Assembly (NCBI GenBank): GCA_045615545.1
Contig: JAZLFA010000041.1
Location: 1-51,983 of the forward strand
From: Bacilli bacterium
GTDB taxonomy: Bacteria; Bacillota_I; Bacilli_A; RFN20; CAG-826
Length of the DNA stretch: 51,983 nucleotides
Direction: 5' to 3'
The notes beneath the pieces were generated by a model. That model did no database searches, had not been told where the DNA came from, and saw only the letters and a program-made list of their open reading frames with translations. Position numbers and translations under genes: made by a program. Positions within the stretch are counted from its first letter, which is position 1, and each line of letters begins with the position of its first letter. This document shows, one piece after another, positions 1 through 10,287 of the stretch.

Positions 1-254
1 ACTCAAGAAACAAGTGATAATTTTAAAAATATGTTGACTAGATTATTATGAAAAACCCTATCTACAGATAGGAATTCATAAAAAATATAAATTTTCTCTA
101 TTTATCTTAAAAAGTTTCGAGAGTAATCTTCAAAAAACGGGCAAAGAAAGCCAAGAATAGTAAATATTTCTAAAATAATAATTAGCACTTTTGATGCTTT
201 TTATTATAGTTTTATAAAAACGAATTTTATGTTAACATTAGAAAAGGTGATTTT

Positions 255-854
255 ATGACACAAGAAGAAGCTTTTAAACCTATATTAGATAGTGATGAAA
301 CAATTATTGAATCGTTTAGACCAAATAAAAAACGTTTTATTGCTTTTGGTTTTATTGGTGGCTTATTTAAAGTATCATTTTTCTTAGTCTTTGGTTTTGT
401 AATCTTTGGCCTATCTTTTATGACCGGTTGGGTTGATCAAGATGGTAATCCTGTAACATTAAACATTCCAAGAATTATTGGTTTAGTGGTGGTTGGCGCT
501 GCGGTTTTATTTCTTATCATCGCGATTATTTGGCGAATCACTATTTATAAAAAGATATGGTTTTGTTATACAAATAAAAGAATAATTGTTCGTTCTGGCT
601 TTGTTGGTGTTGATTTTCAAACACTTGATTTTGATATGATTGGTGCGATGAATGTGCGTGTTGATTTACTAGATAAATTAGTAAAACCAAATACGGGGTC
701 ATTACTTTTTGCTTCTGCTGCTTCTCCAATGATTTCCGATGGGAAACATAATGCAAGTGGTTATATGTTTATAAATATTATTGAGCCATATGAAGTATAT
801 AAAAGAGTAAAAGAATATTCTTCAAAAAATAGAGATGGCTCATTTAATAGTTAA
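255..854 (+). CDS. PH-domain (bPH_2-like) membrane protein
   Basis: Two N-terminal TM segments followed by YTNKRIIVRSG...DF motif typical of bacterial PH domains; SD-like AAAGGTGA upstream. Confidence 0.7.
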   Translation: MTQEEAFKPILDSDETIIESFRPNKKRFIAFGFIGGLFKVSFFLVFGFVIFGLSFMTGWVDQDGNPVTLNIPRIIGLVVVGAAVLFLIIAIIWRITIYKKIWFCYTNKRIIVRSGFVGVDFQTLDFDMIGAMNVRVDLLDKLVKPNTGSLLFASAASPMISDGKHNASGYMFINIIEPYEVYKRVKEYSSKNRDGSFNS

Positions 855-867
855 AAAAGGAGAAAAT

Positions 868-1455
868 ATGGACAACAAATTAGTCAAACGTTGTTTAAAT
901 CTAATTATTGTTAGCTTTATCTTAATTGCGTTAACTTTTGTGTTAGCAATTGTTATTGGATTCATCGACGCTAGCAATGAAGGGACAATTATTACAATTA
1001 CTAGAATCGCTTCAATTATTGCTTTACTTGCTGGTATTCCTAGTTTTATTGGTTATTACTATGGTAAGAAAGGTGGCAACAAATGTTTTGGTATTGCCTT
1101 CTGGATTCAAGTTGGCGTTATCGCTATGAATATAGTGATGATTGTATTTGATTTTTGTAACGTTACAAATAGTGCTTTATTAATAACATTTAATGTTATT
1201 TCAACTCTTTGTTCTATTAGCGTTTCTTTCTTCTCTTGCTTTGGTTGTAAGGAAGCGGTACCAGAAATGAACAAACTTGCTATTTGGACATTCGTGTTTT
1301 ATGGTGTGGCGTTACTATTATCACTTATTAGTAGAGTGATAACTCCTGCTAACGTAGCGGAAGCATTTACAATACTCGGTGGTCTAGTTGCTCTAGTTGG
1401 CATTATCCTATATGTCACACTAATTGTGAAAACAAGAAATAGAATTCCAAAATAA
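868..1455 (+). CDS. Hypothetical polytopic membrane protein (about 6 TM)
   Basis: Hydrophobic ORF; ATG 868 follows AAGGAG SD, preferred over the ORF-track start at 835. Confidence 0.7.
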   Translation: MDNKLVKRCLNLIIVSFILIALTFVLAIVIGFIDASNEGTIITITRIASIIALLAGIPSFIGYYYGKKGGNKCFGIAFWIQVGVIAMNIVMIVFDFCNVTNSALLITFNVISTLCSISVSFFSCFGCKEAVPEMNKLAIWTFVFYGVALLLSLISRVITPANVAEAFTILGGLVALVGIILYVTLIVKTRNRIPK

Positions 1456-1468
1456 ATAATTAACAAAG

Positions 1469-1493
1469 AACAAGCTTAAATGCTTGTTTTTTT
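1469..1493 (+). terminator. Rho-independent terminator
   Basis: AACAAGC-ttaaat-GCTTGTT followed by T run. Confidence 0.75.
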
Positions 1494-1529
1494 GTACCAT
1501 TAAATATGCTAAACTAGTGTAAAAGATTT

Positions 1530-2399
1530 ATGGCTAGTTTATTAGAGATTACTAACTTAAATAAAAAATACCCATCTTTCTCATTAAAGAATGTTTCTTT
1601 TTCAGTGAAGCCAGGACAAATTATGGGCTTTATTGGAAGAAATGGAGCGGGCAAAACTACAACCTTAAAAAGCATTATGAATCTAGTTCATTATGATAGT
1701 GGATTAATTACTGCTTTTGATAAAGATATGAATCAATACGAACTAGAAAATAAACAACGTATTGGCTTTTCGCTCAGTGAGCTTAATTATTATCCGAATA
1801 AAACTATTCGAACATTATTTAATGTTACTAAGAGATTTTACACTAATTTTAGTGAAGAAAAGTTTTTTGAAATGTGTCGAATATTTAATTTAGATATTGA
1901 TAAAAAAATAGAAGAACTTTCCAGTGGCATGAAAGTTAAGTTCTCGGTGGCAATTGCGTTATCTCATAATGCGGAATTATTAATACTTGATGAACCAACT
2001 AGTGGACTAGATCCGGTAAGTAGAGACGAAGTCTTAGATATTTTTAAAAATATTGTTAAAGATGGAAAAAGGGCAATATTATTTTCTACCCATATTACTA
2101 GCGACTTAGATAAATGCGCGAGCGATGTTACTTATATACATAACGGAGAGATTTTATTTACTGAAAGTAAAGAAAAGTTTGTTAATTCGTATTTTTATGT
2201 AAAAGATAAAAGTAAAAATCAAACACTATTAAATGAATATATTTCATATAAAGAAGACACCAATTACATTGAAGGATTAATATTAGCGGATAAAAAAGAT
2301 TTGTTTAAAGGAAAAGATATAACTTTATCAAGGCCTGATTTAGAACAAATAATGATTTTCTTAGAAAGGAGCAAGAATAATGAAAGCTTTAATTTTTAA
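1530..2399 (+). CDS. ABC transporter ATP-binding protein (DrrA/YtrB-like)
   Basis: Walker A GRNGAGKTT, LSSGM signature, LILDEPTSGLD, STH switch. Confidence 0.95.
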   Translation: MASLLEITNLNKKYPSFSLKNVSFSVKPGQIMGFIGRNGAGKTTTLKSIMNLVHYDSGLITAFDKDMNQYELENKQRIGFSLSELNYYPNKTIRTLFNVTKRFYTNFSEEKFFEMCRIFNLDIDKKIEELSSGMKVKFSVAIALSHNAELLILDEPTSGLDPVSRDEVLDIFKNIVKDGKRAILFSTHITSDLDKCASDVTYIHNGEILFTESKEKFVNSYFYVKDKSKNQTLLNEYISYKEDTNYIEGLILADKKDLFKGKDITLSRPDLEQIMIFLERSKNNESFNF

Positions 2400-3069
2400 A
2401 GAATTTAAACTTGCAATGCATCCACTTATTTATGTATTCGTTCTTCTTTTTCCTTTTATGATTCTTATCCCAAATTATCCTGTGTGTATCAACTTTATTT
2501 ATATATTAGCTGGCTATCCAATATTGTTTCTAGGGGCGAATAAAGGTCAACAAAGTAATGATTTACTTTATTCCACCCTTTTACCGGTAAGGAAAAAAGA
2601 TATTGTTTTAGCTAGATTAATTACCGTTACTATTATTCAAGTAGTATCAATTACCTTATGTTCTTGCTTAGTTCCTTTATCCCAATTAATTAAGTCAAAC
2701 ATAGTGTCTCAAGACGGAACTGGTGCTGTTGCACCTGGATTAACACTTGATGGTTATTTGTCAATAATTGGTATTATCTTAACTGGTTTTGCTTTATCAG
2801 ATTTAATTTTCTTTCCGATTTATTATAAAAAGGGAAAATCAATTGTATTTTCGAGCACAATGGCAATCCTATTTTTCTCTATTTATATTGTTATTTTTAC
2901 TGTCTTGCCTGCTGTGATTAGTGGTTTTGAGTGGTATGTAAATTTTATGTGCTTTAGTGGAATTGGAAATCAAATTATTGTTTTTAGTGCTGGTTTACTT
3001 TTATACATTGGTATTCATTATCTTGTTTATAGAATTTCTTCAAAAAGACTAGAGAAAGTTGATTTCTAA
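2380..3069 (+). CDS. ABC-2 transporter permease
   Basis: About 6 TM, LPVRKKDIVLAR motif, overlaps the ATPase gene. Confidence 0.85.
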   Translation: MKALIFKEFKLAMHPLIYVFVLLFPFMILIPNYPVCINFIYILAGYPILFLGANKGQQSNDLLYSTLLPVRKKDIVLARLITVTIIQVVSITLCSCLVPLSQLIKSNIVSQDGTGAVAPGLTLDGYLSIIGIILTGFALSDLIFFPIYYKKGKSIVFSSTMAILFFSIYIVIFTVLPAVISGFEWYVNFMCFSGIGNQIIVFSAGLLLYIGIHYLVYRISSKRLEKVDF

Positions 3070-3074
3070 TTTTT

Positions 3075-3710
3075 ATGATTGAATTAAGCGAAATTAAAAA
3101 ACGTATAGATAATTTACCACCTAACAGTAAAACAAAAGATTTAGACGAAATAATAAAATCATATTATAGGTTAAAAGAACCAGTTAATTTTGACCCCTTA
3201 TTATTAAAAGAAAACGTTTGGCTTGCTAAAGCTTTCTTTTTTATTAACGCTCATTATATTAAAGACCCAAATAAGATGCTTGATTTCATTGATACATATA
3301 AAAGTGTTTTCTATTATTGGTATTCAACAGATTCGATTATCAAACTTGTTTCTAAAGCTGATCCAAACTTAATTTTTAAATATGCAACAAGTTATGTTAA
3401 ATCAAAAGAAACATACACCAGACGTTGGGGATACGTGATGTTTATGTTTCATAATGAGAGAAAAAATGGAGAATTTGTAAATAAATTTCTTACTTTATTT
3501 AAAGAAGATGAAGAAGAGACTATACAAAATGCAGAAGCTTGGTTACTTTGTGAGTTTGCCGTTTTTAATCCTTTAGTTATCTATAATTTTCTTATTAAAA
3601 AAACACTTGGATATAAAATTACTTCTCGCGCAATTTCTAAAATTCATGATTCATTTAGAATTAGTGATGAGTGGAAAAATAAGTTCAAACAAATTCGCGA
3701 AACGTTTTAA
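3075..3710 (+). CDS. DNA alkylation repair protein (AlkD/HEAT-like family)
   Basis: WYSTD, YTRRWGYV, IQNAEAWLL and AISKIHDSFRISDEWK motifs of the AlkD-like family. Confidence 0.75.
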   Translation: MIELSEIKKRIDNLPPNSKTKDLDEIIKSYYRLKEPVNFDPLLLKENVWLAKAFFFINAHYIKDPNKMLDFIDTYKSVFYYWYSTDSIIKLVSKADPNLIFKYATSYVKSKETYTRRWGYVMFMFHNERKNGEFVNKFLTLFKEDEEETIQNAEAWLLCEFAVFNPLVIYNFLIKKTLGYKITSRAISKIHDSFRISDEWKNKFKQIRETF

Positions 3711-3712
3711 TT

Positions 3713-4678
3713 ATGGGATATGTATTTTTAATTGTATCAACACTAAGTTGGGGGATTGCTGAAATCTTTTATAAGAAGGGTAATTTATCTAACGAAAAAT
3801 ATTCACATTTAAAAACAACAATGTTTGTGGGTTTATTCATGGGTATATACGCTACAATCATTTTGTTTACCCAAGGAATTGATCTAAAATCTTTCCCTTT
3901 AAATTTTGTTTATTATTTGCCAGTTGCGTTATGTTACATCTTATCGATGGTGTGTTCTTATTTTGGTGTACGTTACGTTGAAGAATCGATTTCTGATCCA
4001 ATTGAAAATAGTTCGATTGCCATTGTCCCAATTTTATGCGCAATAATATTAAAAGAAAAATTTTCTCTTCCTGCTGGAATTGGGATTGCCATTGTAGTTG
4101 TGGGTGTTATTTGTTTAGGTATCTTTGATAAAAAAGGAAACGAAGATCGAATATCTAAATATGGTAAAAAGTTGGCAATTATTGCAATTGCAATGCCTTT
4201 TTGTTACATGCTACTTGATAGTGTTGGAACATTTTTAGATATCTACTATGTTGATAATGTTAATACAACTGTTTTAGTTAATGTCACCGAGACCAATATT
4301 GAACACACCGCTAACTGCGCTTACGAATTTACGTTCTTATTAGTCGCGATTGGTATATTTGTTTTCTTAAAAATCAATAAAGTAAAAATATTTTCAATAG
4401 AGTCTAATGATTATTCCTCATTAAAATGGTATCAAAAAATATTAACTCAGAAATGGAAACTATTAGCCGCTTTATTTGAAACGGTTGGACAAGCAACATA
4501 TTTATTCGCACTTTCAAGTGGGCAAGGAGTAGCCGCTGTTATTTTAGGAGCCGGAACAGTTATTGTTTCTTTAGTTCTTTCACGTATTTTCTTAAAAGAA
4601 AAATTATCGATTGTTCAATATCTATTTATTGCTATTATTTTAGCGGGAATTATTACTATTTCTGTTTCAGGAGTATAG
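3713..4678 (+). CDS. EamA/DMT family transporter
   Basis: About 10 TM in two repeats, each ending in (F/I)LKEK. Confidence 0.8.
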   Translation: MGYVFLIVSTLSWGIAEIFYKKGNLSNEKYSHLKTTMFVGLFMGIYATIILFTQGIDLKSFPLNFVYYLPVALCYILSMVCSYFGVRYVEESISDPIENSSIAIVPILCAIILKEKFSLPAGIGIAIVVVGVICLGIFDKKGNEDRISKYGKKLAIIAIAMPFCYMLLDSVGTFLDIYYVDNVNTTVLVNVTETNIEHTANCAYEFTFLLVAIGIFVFLKINKVKIFSIESNDYSSLKWYQKILTQKWKLLAALFETVGQATYLFALSSGQGVAAVILGAGTVIVSLVLSRIFLKEKLSIVQYLFIAIILAGIITISVSGV

Positions 4679-4757
4679 ATTAATTAATTTATCATTTTAA
4701 TAAATAGCAAAGTTTATTATAATAAAAAGGCAATATTTAAGAAAAGAGGTATTATTT

Positions 4758-5315
4758 ATGGCAATTGAAGCAGGCGATTTTAAAACAGGTTTAACCGTCA
4801 TGGTCGATGGTGATCCATGGGTTGTTCTTGATTTTATGCACGTAAAACCAGGTAAAGGTGCTGCTATTTTAAAAACAAAAATGAAGAACCTTAAAACTGG
4901 TTCAACACAAGAAAGAAATTTCAACGCTTCTACAAAATTTGAAGCCGCTGAAATCATTAAAAAGAATGTTCAATATTCTTATAGCGCTGGTGATACATAT
5001 TACTTCATGGATATGGAAACATTTGAACAATATGAATTAGATGAAGAACATATTGGCTTTAATAAGTATTTCCTTGTTGAAGGAAATGAAGCCACTGTTA
5101 TCTTCTTTAAAGGTGAAGTTCTTGATATTTCAGTTCCTGAAAAAGTTGAACTGGAAATTGTTGAAACAACTCCAGCTGTTAAAGGCGCTAGCAATACTGC
5201 AACTAAAGATGCAGTTACTAACACTGGTTTAAAACTTCGTGTTCCAATGTTTATCGAAGAAGGCGAAAAGATTATTGTCTTTACTGCTGATGGTAAATAT
5301 TCTTCTAGAGCTTAA
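4758..5315 (+). CDS. efp: Elongation factor P (Lys-type, KPGKG loop)
   Basis: HVKPGKG loop, KNLKTG, YFMDMETFEQ, VPMFIEEGE, C-terminal YSSRA. Confidence 0.97.
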   Translation: MAIEAGDFKTGLTVMVDGDPWVVLDFMHVKPGKGAAILKTKMKNLKTGSTQERNFNASTKFEAAEIIKKNVQYSYSAGDTYYFMDMETFEQYELDEEHIGFNKYFLVEGNEATVIFFKGEVLDISVPEKVELEIVETTPAVKGASNTATKDAVTNTGLKLRVPMFIEEGEKIIVFTADGKYSSRA

Positions 5316-5326
5316 TTAGGAGTTTA

Positions 5327-6070
5327 ATGAATAAACTTGCTCTTATAACAGGTGGCGCCAAAGGTATTGGTGCTGCTATAGCTAACGAACTTGCTGCTAA
5401 TCATTACGATATTGCGATTAATTATCTAACATCTGAAAAATTAGCTAATGAGTTAAAACAAACATTAACATCAAGATATGGTGTTAATGTTTTCACTTAT
5501 AAGTGCGATGTTAGTGATCCTAAACAAGTTGATGAAATGATTACATATTTAGAAAATAATCATGGTGGTGTTGATATATTGATTAATAACGCCGCTGTTG
5601 ATTTATCAAATATGTGGCATGAAAAAGATATTGAAGCTTTTAAAAGAACATTAGATGTTAATGTTATTGGCGCGTATAACGTCTCTCGTAGAGTATATAA
5701 ATATATGTTAGAGAAAAGGTGGGGAAGAATTGTTAATATCAGTTCTACCAATGGAATTAATACATATTATCCAATGTCTCTTGAATATGACGCATCTAAA
5801 GCAGCATTAATTTCATTAACGCATAATCTCGCTATTGAATTTGCACCTTACATTAATGTTAACGCAATTGCCCCAGGTTTTATTGGGACGGAATCAGAGT
5901 TAGATGGTTATAATGAAGAATTCTTAAAGAGTGAACAAGAAAAAATTCTTCTGGGACGATATGGGAAACCAGAAGAAGTTGCTAAACTAGTGAAATTCCT
6001 AGTTAGTGATGAAGCGAGTTATGTTAATAACTCAGTAATAAGAATTGATGGAGGCCAATACGGAAGTTAG
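5327..6070 (+). CDS. SDR family NAD(P)-dependent oxidoreductase, FabG/YmfI-like
   Basis: TGGAKGIG, NNA, SS, YxxxK (YDASK), VNAIAPG, IDGG; starts 11 nt after the efp stop, with AGGAG SD. Confidence 0.9.
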   Translation: MNKLALITGGAKGIGAAIANELAANHYDIAINYLTSEKLANELKQTLTSRYGVNVFTYKCDVSDPKQVDEMITYLENNHGGVDILINNAAVDLSNMWHEKDIEAFKRTLDVNVIGAYNVSRRVYKYMLEKRWGRIVNISSTNGINTYYPMSLEYDASKAALISLTHNLAIEFAPYINVNAIAPGFIGTESELDGYNEEFLKSEQEKILLGRYGKPEEVAKLVKFLVSDEASYVNNSVIRIDGGQYGS

Positions 6071-7323
6071 GCTTCCTTTTTTAATTTTGATAAGGCCAAT
6101 AAGATTCCTAATTTACCATATTCCTTACTTAGTCCACCTTGCATGTATAAAGTGTATGGTTCAATTACAGGTGCATCAGCACTTAATTCTATTGTGGATC
6201 CTTGTGTAAATGCTCCTGCTGCCATTACTTCGTCAAATGGATATCCTGGCATTGGTGCAGGTAAAACAGTTACATATGAATCTATTGGAGAAGATTCTTG
6301 AATTCCTTGTGCGAATTTCACAAGGTTTTCTTTTGTTTTTAAGTTTACGGTTTGAATAATATCAGTTCTAAATTCATTATATTTAGGGCTAACACCATCA
6401 TAGCCTAATTTTTCTAAACAGTACGCAGCAAAAACTGCTGTTTTAAGCGCATTACTAACAGCGGAAGGTGCCATAAATATTCCTTTATAAAAGGAATTAA
6501 GTTGATTAAAGTTTGCTCCTTGCTCTTTTCCGATTCCAGGAGCGGTGAGTCTTTCCGCTACCATATGGACAAGATTTTTATCTCCTGCAATATATCCGCC
6601 TGTAGAAGCAATACCCCCACCAAGATTTTTCATTAATGATCCAACTACTATGTTAGCGCCTACATGTCCCGGTTCTTTAGTTTCAACTAATTCTCCGTAA
6701 CAGTTATCGACCATAATAATGACATCTTGATTTACTTTTCTAATCTCTTTAATGACATTTTCAATTTGATTTATAGTAAGTGATTTACGTGATGAGTATC
6801 CTCTTGAACGTTGAATTTCAACCAATTTAACATCATTTCTACTTAATCTATCTCTGATAGTGGATATATCAAAGTCATTATTTAATAAATCGATTTGTTC
6901 ATATTTAATACCTAAACATTTTAATGATTGTGATGAACTACCAGATAAACCAATCATTTCTTGCAAAGAATCATATGGTTTTCCTGTAATAGATATCATC
7001 GTATCCCCGTGTTTAAGTAAAGCGGTAAAAGCGATATATAAAGCATTCGTGCCACTCATAATTTGAGGTCTAACTAATGCGTCCTCAGTTCCTAATGTAT
7101 AAGCAAAAATTGCTTCAAGCTTATCTCTACCTGAATCATAGTTACCATAACCATTAATATCCGCAAAATCGGTATATGATACCTTATTTAAAATAAATGC
7201 ACTTAAAATACGATTAGAATTAATTAAAGCCACTTCATCAATACTTTTATATATTGAATCAAGTTCTTTATCTGATTCTTTTAATAAATCTAGTAATTTT
7301 TTATCAATTTGTTCTAATACCAT
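6067..7323 (-). CDS. ynbB: YnbB / methionine gamma-lyase-like (aluminium resistance family) PLP enzyme
   Basis: GYGNYDSGRD, LVRPQIMSGT, IQRSRGY, VDNCYGE, GSLMKNLGGG, AAGAFTQGSTIELSADAP, YMQGGL. Confidence 0.9.
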   Translation of the reverse strand: MVLEQIDKKLLDLLKESDKELDSIYKSIDEVALINSNRILSAFILNKVSYTDFADINGYGNYDSGRDKLEAIFAYTLGTEDALVRPQIMSGTNALYIAFTALLKHGDTMISITGKPYDSLQEMIGLSGSSSQSLKCLGIKYEQIDLLNNDFDISTIRDRLSRNDVKLVEIQRSRGYSSRKSLTINQIENVIKEIRKVNQDVIIMVDNCYGELVETKEPGHVGANIVVGSLMKNLGGGIASTGGYIAGDKNLVHMVAERLTAPGIGKEQGANFNQLNSFYKGIFMAPSAVSNALKTAVFAAYCLEKLGYDGVSPKYNEFRTDIIQTVNLKTKENLVKFAQGIQESSPIDSYVTVLPAPMPGYPFDEVMAAGAFTQGSTIELSADAPVIEPYTLYMQGGLSKEYGKLGILLALSKLKKEA

Positions 7324-7412
7324 ATTTATTCGCTATATAGAATAACATTAATAAGAATTGTTTCAAACAATTTATAAATAATGTATGATTATCCTTAGGA
7401 GAAAAAATTTTT

Positions 7413-9302
7413 ATGAAAAAAGTTAGAATACAAGACGATTTATTCACATATGTAAATGGTGAATGGATTGAACAGGCTACTATTCCAAGCGATCGTCCAT
7501 CTGCTGGTGGATTTGCAGATTTAGAAAAGGAAGTAGAAGAATTGATGCTTAATGAATTTAAAGTAATGGCTAAAACAGGCGAATGCCCTAACGAACATTT
7601 AGCAAGAGCAATAACTTTATTTAAATTAGGCGCCAATATCAAAAGTAGAAATAAACAAGGTATTAAACCTGTACTTAAAAATTTAAGCAGAATTGAAAAA
7701 CTAAATGATATTAAATCATTTAATAGAGTACTTAAAGACTTTGTCTTAGATGGAATTGCATTACCTTTTGATTTATCAGTTAATCCTGATATGAAAGATA
7801 CAAAGCATTATTTAATTTACATTGGTGGACCAAGAACGATTCTTCCTGATGTTACTTATTATAAAAACGAACAACAAAAACAAGCGATACTTGGATTATG
7901 GAAGAATATGGCTACGATGGTAATGGCTTATTCTCCACTTACTAAAGAAGAACAAGCTAAATATATCGAAGATACGATTAAATTTGATGCAATTATCGCT
8001 ACATTAGTCAAATCAAGTCAAGAGTGGAGCGAATATACAAAACTGTATAACCCTACTTCAACTAGAAGAGTTGCTTCATTAGTTAAGCCAATTAAATTTA
8101 GAAGATTACTATCAAAATTAGTTGATGAAGTTCCTGAAACAATTTCTGTAGCGGATGTTAGATTCTTAAAGGGATTCAAAACATTATTTAATGAAGAAAA
8201 CTTCTTATTGTATAAGCATTGGGCTTATGTAAATGAAATTATTTCTGCCACTCAATACTTAAGTGAAGAACTTAGAAATATTGGTGGTATTTATTCCCGT
8301 GCGTTAACGGGTGTAGCTGAAATGAGCAAACCTGATTTATTTGCTTATAATTTAGCAAGTAATTTCTATAGTGAACCAATTGGTATATATTATGGTAAAA
8401 AATATTTTGGTGAAGAAGCCAAAAAAGACGTCGTTGATATGGTTAAAGGAATTATTGAGACATACAAAAAACGTATGAATGAAAATGATTTCTTGCTTCC
8501 TGAAACGAAAGAAAAAGCCATTTTAAAATTATCTAAAATGGAAATAAAAATGGGCTATCCAGATGCATGTGACAAATTCTATGATAAATTAGTATTTAAA
8601 GGTAATAACCTTTATAGTGCAGTTTGCGAACTAGTTAGAATTAAGAAAATGGAAGAATTTTCGCTTTTAAGTAAGGATGTTGATCATAAGAAGTGGGCGA
8701 TGCCTGGACATATGGTTAATGCTTGTTATAATCCAATGAGTAACGATATCACTTTCCCAGCTGCAATCTTACAAGCTCCATTTTATTCAATCAAACAAAG
8801 TAGAAGCCAAAATTTAGGTGGTATTGGTGCAGTTATTGGTCATGAAATTTCTCATGCTTTTGATAATAACGGCGCAAACTGTGATGAGAATGGTAATTTA
8901 CACAATTGGTGGGGTAAACAAGATAATAAAGCCTTTAAAACGAAAACCAAATTAATGATTAAAGAATTTGAAGGTATTACTTTGCCATTTGGACAAGTGA
9001 ATGCTGAATTAATTGTTAGTGAAAATATCGCAGATAATGGCGGTATGGCTGTTACTCTTGATATGATGTCTAACTTAAAAGATGCCAATTATGAAGAATA
9101 TTTCATCAATTGGGCAAAAGTTTGGAGAATGAAAGCTAAACCAGAATATCAACAATTATTGCTTCAAGTTGATGTTCACGCTCCTAATATTTTAAGAGCA
9201 AATATGGGGCCAAGAAACTTTGTTGAATGGTACGATACTTATAAAGTAACCAGTAAAGATAAAATGTATATTGCTCCAAATAAACGAGTAGTGATTTGGT
9301 AA
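7413..9302 (+). CDS. pepO: M13 family (neprilysin-like) endopeptidase
   Basis: RIQDDLFTYVNGEW, VNACY, FPAAILQAPF, HEISH zinc motif, ENIADNGG, DVHAP..LRAN. Confidence 0.93.
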   Translation: MKKVRIQDDLFTYVNGEWIEQATIPSDRPSAGGFADLEKEVEELMLNEFKVMAKTGECPNEHLARAITLFKLGANIKSRNKQGIKPVLKNLSRIEKLNDIKSFNRVLKDFVLDGIALPFDLSVNPDMKDTKHYLIYIGGPRTILPDVTYYKNEQQKQAILGLWKNMATMVMAYSPLTKEEQAKYIEDTIKFDAIIATLVKSSQEWSEYTKLYNPTSTRRVASLVKPIKFRRLLSKLVDEVPETISVADVRFLKGFKTLFNEENFLLYKHWAYVNEIISATQYLSEELRNIGGIYSRALTGVAEMSKPDLFAYNLASNFYSEPIGIYYGKKYFGEEAKKDVVDMVKGIIETYKKRMNENDFLLPETKEKAILKLSKMEIKMGYPDACDKFYDKLVFKGNNLYSAVCELVRIKKMEEFSLLSKDVDHKKWAMPGHMVNACYNPMSNDITFPAAILQAPFYSIKQSRSQNLGGIGAVIGHEISHAFDNNGANCDENGNLHNWWGKQDNKAFKTKTKLMIKEFEGITLPFGQVNAELIVSENIADNGGMAVTLDMMSNLKDANYEEYFINWAKVWRMKAKPEYQQLLLQVDVHAPNILRANMGPRNFVEWYDTYKVTSKDKMYIAPNKRVVIW

Positions 9303-9308
9303 ATAATT

Positions 9309-9335
9309 AACGTGGCACTCTGTGTCACGTTTTTT
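9309..9335 (+). terminator. Rho-independent terminator
   Basis: AACGTGGCAC-tct-GTGTCACGTT plus T run. Confidence 0.8.
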
Positions 9336-9395
9336 ATATTGCGCAAGAAAATATCAATTTTTATTTTATGTAAAAAATGATATAATCAACCAGGT

Positions 9396-10250
9396 ATGGA
9401 AAATATAGGTTGGGTAATTTTAGTTACATTTATTGCTGGCGTTATTGGCACTGGTATAGGTGGCCTTATTGGTGTCTTATTTAAGAAAAATAGTGCTAAA
9501 TGTGTTTCACTTTTACTTAGTTTTGCTGCCGGTATTATGCTTGCAGTAGTGTGCTTTGATTTACTAACAGAATCCATTAAACCTTATCAACAAGATAAAG
9601 GCAACTGGTATTACATATTGATAGTGGTAGCGTGTGTTATTGCTGGCTTTATTATTGTATATTTTGTTAATCATTTGATTGATAAAAGGTTATCAAAAGA
9701 AGTTCCTCATACTTCAAAAGATCATATAAAACTACACGATGACTTAGATGAAATGATTCACCTTGATCACGTTGAAGTTCATAAAATAAATAAAACAAAA
9801 CTATTTGCAGCAGGACTTGTTACCGCGACTGTTATTGCATTACACAATCTTCCTGAAGGAATGGTCATAGGTTCAACTTACGCAATCAATCCAAGTCAAA
9901 TTATTGGTGGTAGTGGTTTTGTTATTGCTATTGTTATTGCCTTACATAATATACCTGAAGGTATGGCTGTTAGTGTCCCTTTAGTAAGCGGCGGCACAAA
10001 AAGATGGAAGGCGGTATTAATTACTGCCGCTACTGGCATTCCAACTGTTATTGGCGCAATTATTGGTTTTAGTATTGGATATGTCGGCCCAATGGGTCTT
10101 GCAATAAGTTTAGCTTTTGCTAGTGGTGCGATGCTTTATGTTGTGTTTGCGGAATTACTCCCGGAAGCTTTCTTAATGTGGAAGAGTAAATTACCTGCAT
10201 TAGTTTTATTAGCAGGAATGTTATTGGGCTTTGTGATTGTTTTAATATAA
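9396..10250 (+). CDS. ZIP (ZupT/GufA) family metal transporter
   Basis: FAAGIML, His-rich loop, HNLPEG and HNIPEG motifs, ASGAMLYVV..ELLPE. Confidence 0.92.
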   Translation: MENIGWVILVTFIAGVIGTGIGGLIGVLFKKNSAKCVSLLLSFAAGIMLAVVCFDLLTESIKPYQQDKGNWYYILIVVACVIAGFIIVYFVNHLIDKRLSKEVPHTSKDHIKLHDDLDEMIHLDHVEVHKINKTKLFAAGLVTATVIALHNLPEGMVIGSTYAINPSQIIGGSGFVIAIVIALHNIPEGMAVSVPLVSGGTKRWKAVLITAATGIPTVIGAIIGFSIGYVGPMGLAISLAFASGAMLYVVFAELLPEAFLMWKSKLPALVLLAGMLLGFVIVLI

Positions 10251-10287
10251 TTGGGTATTAATTACCAGTATATTAGGCGGTGATAAT

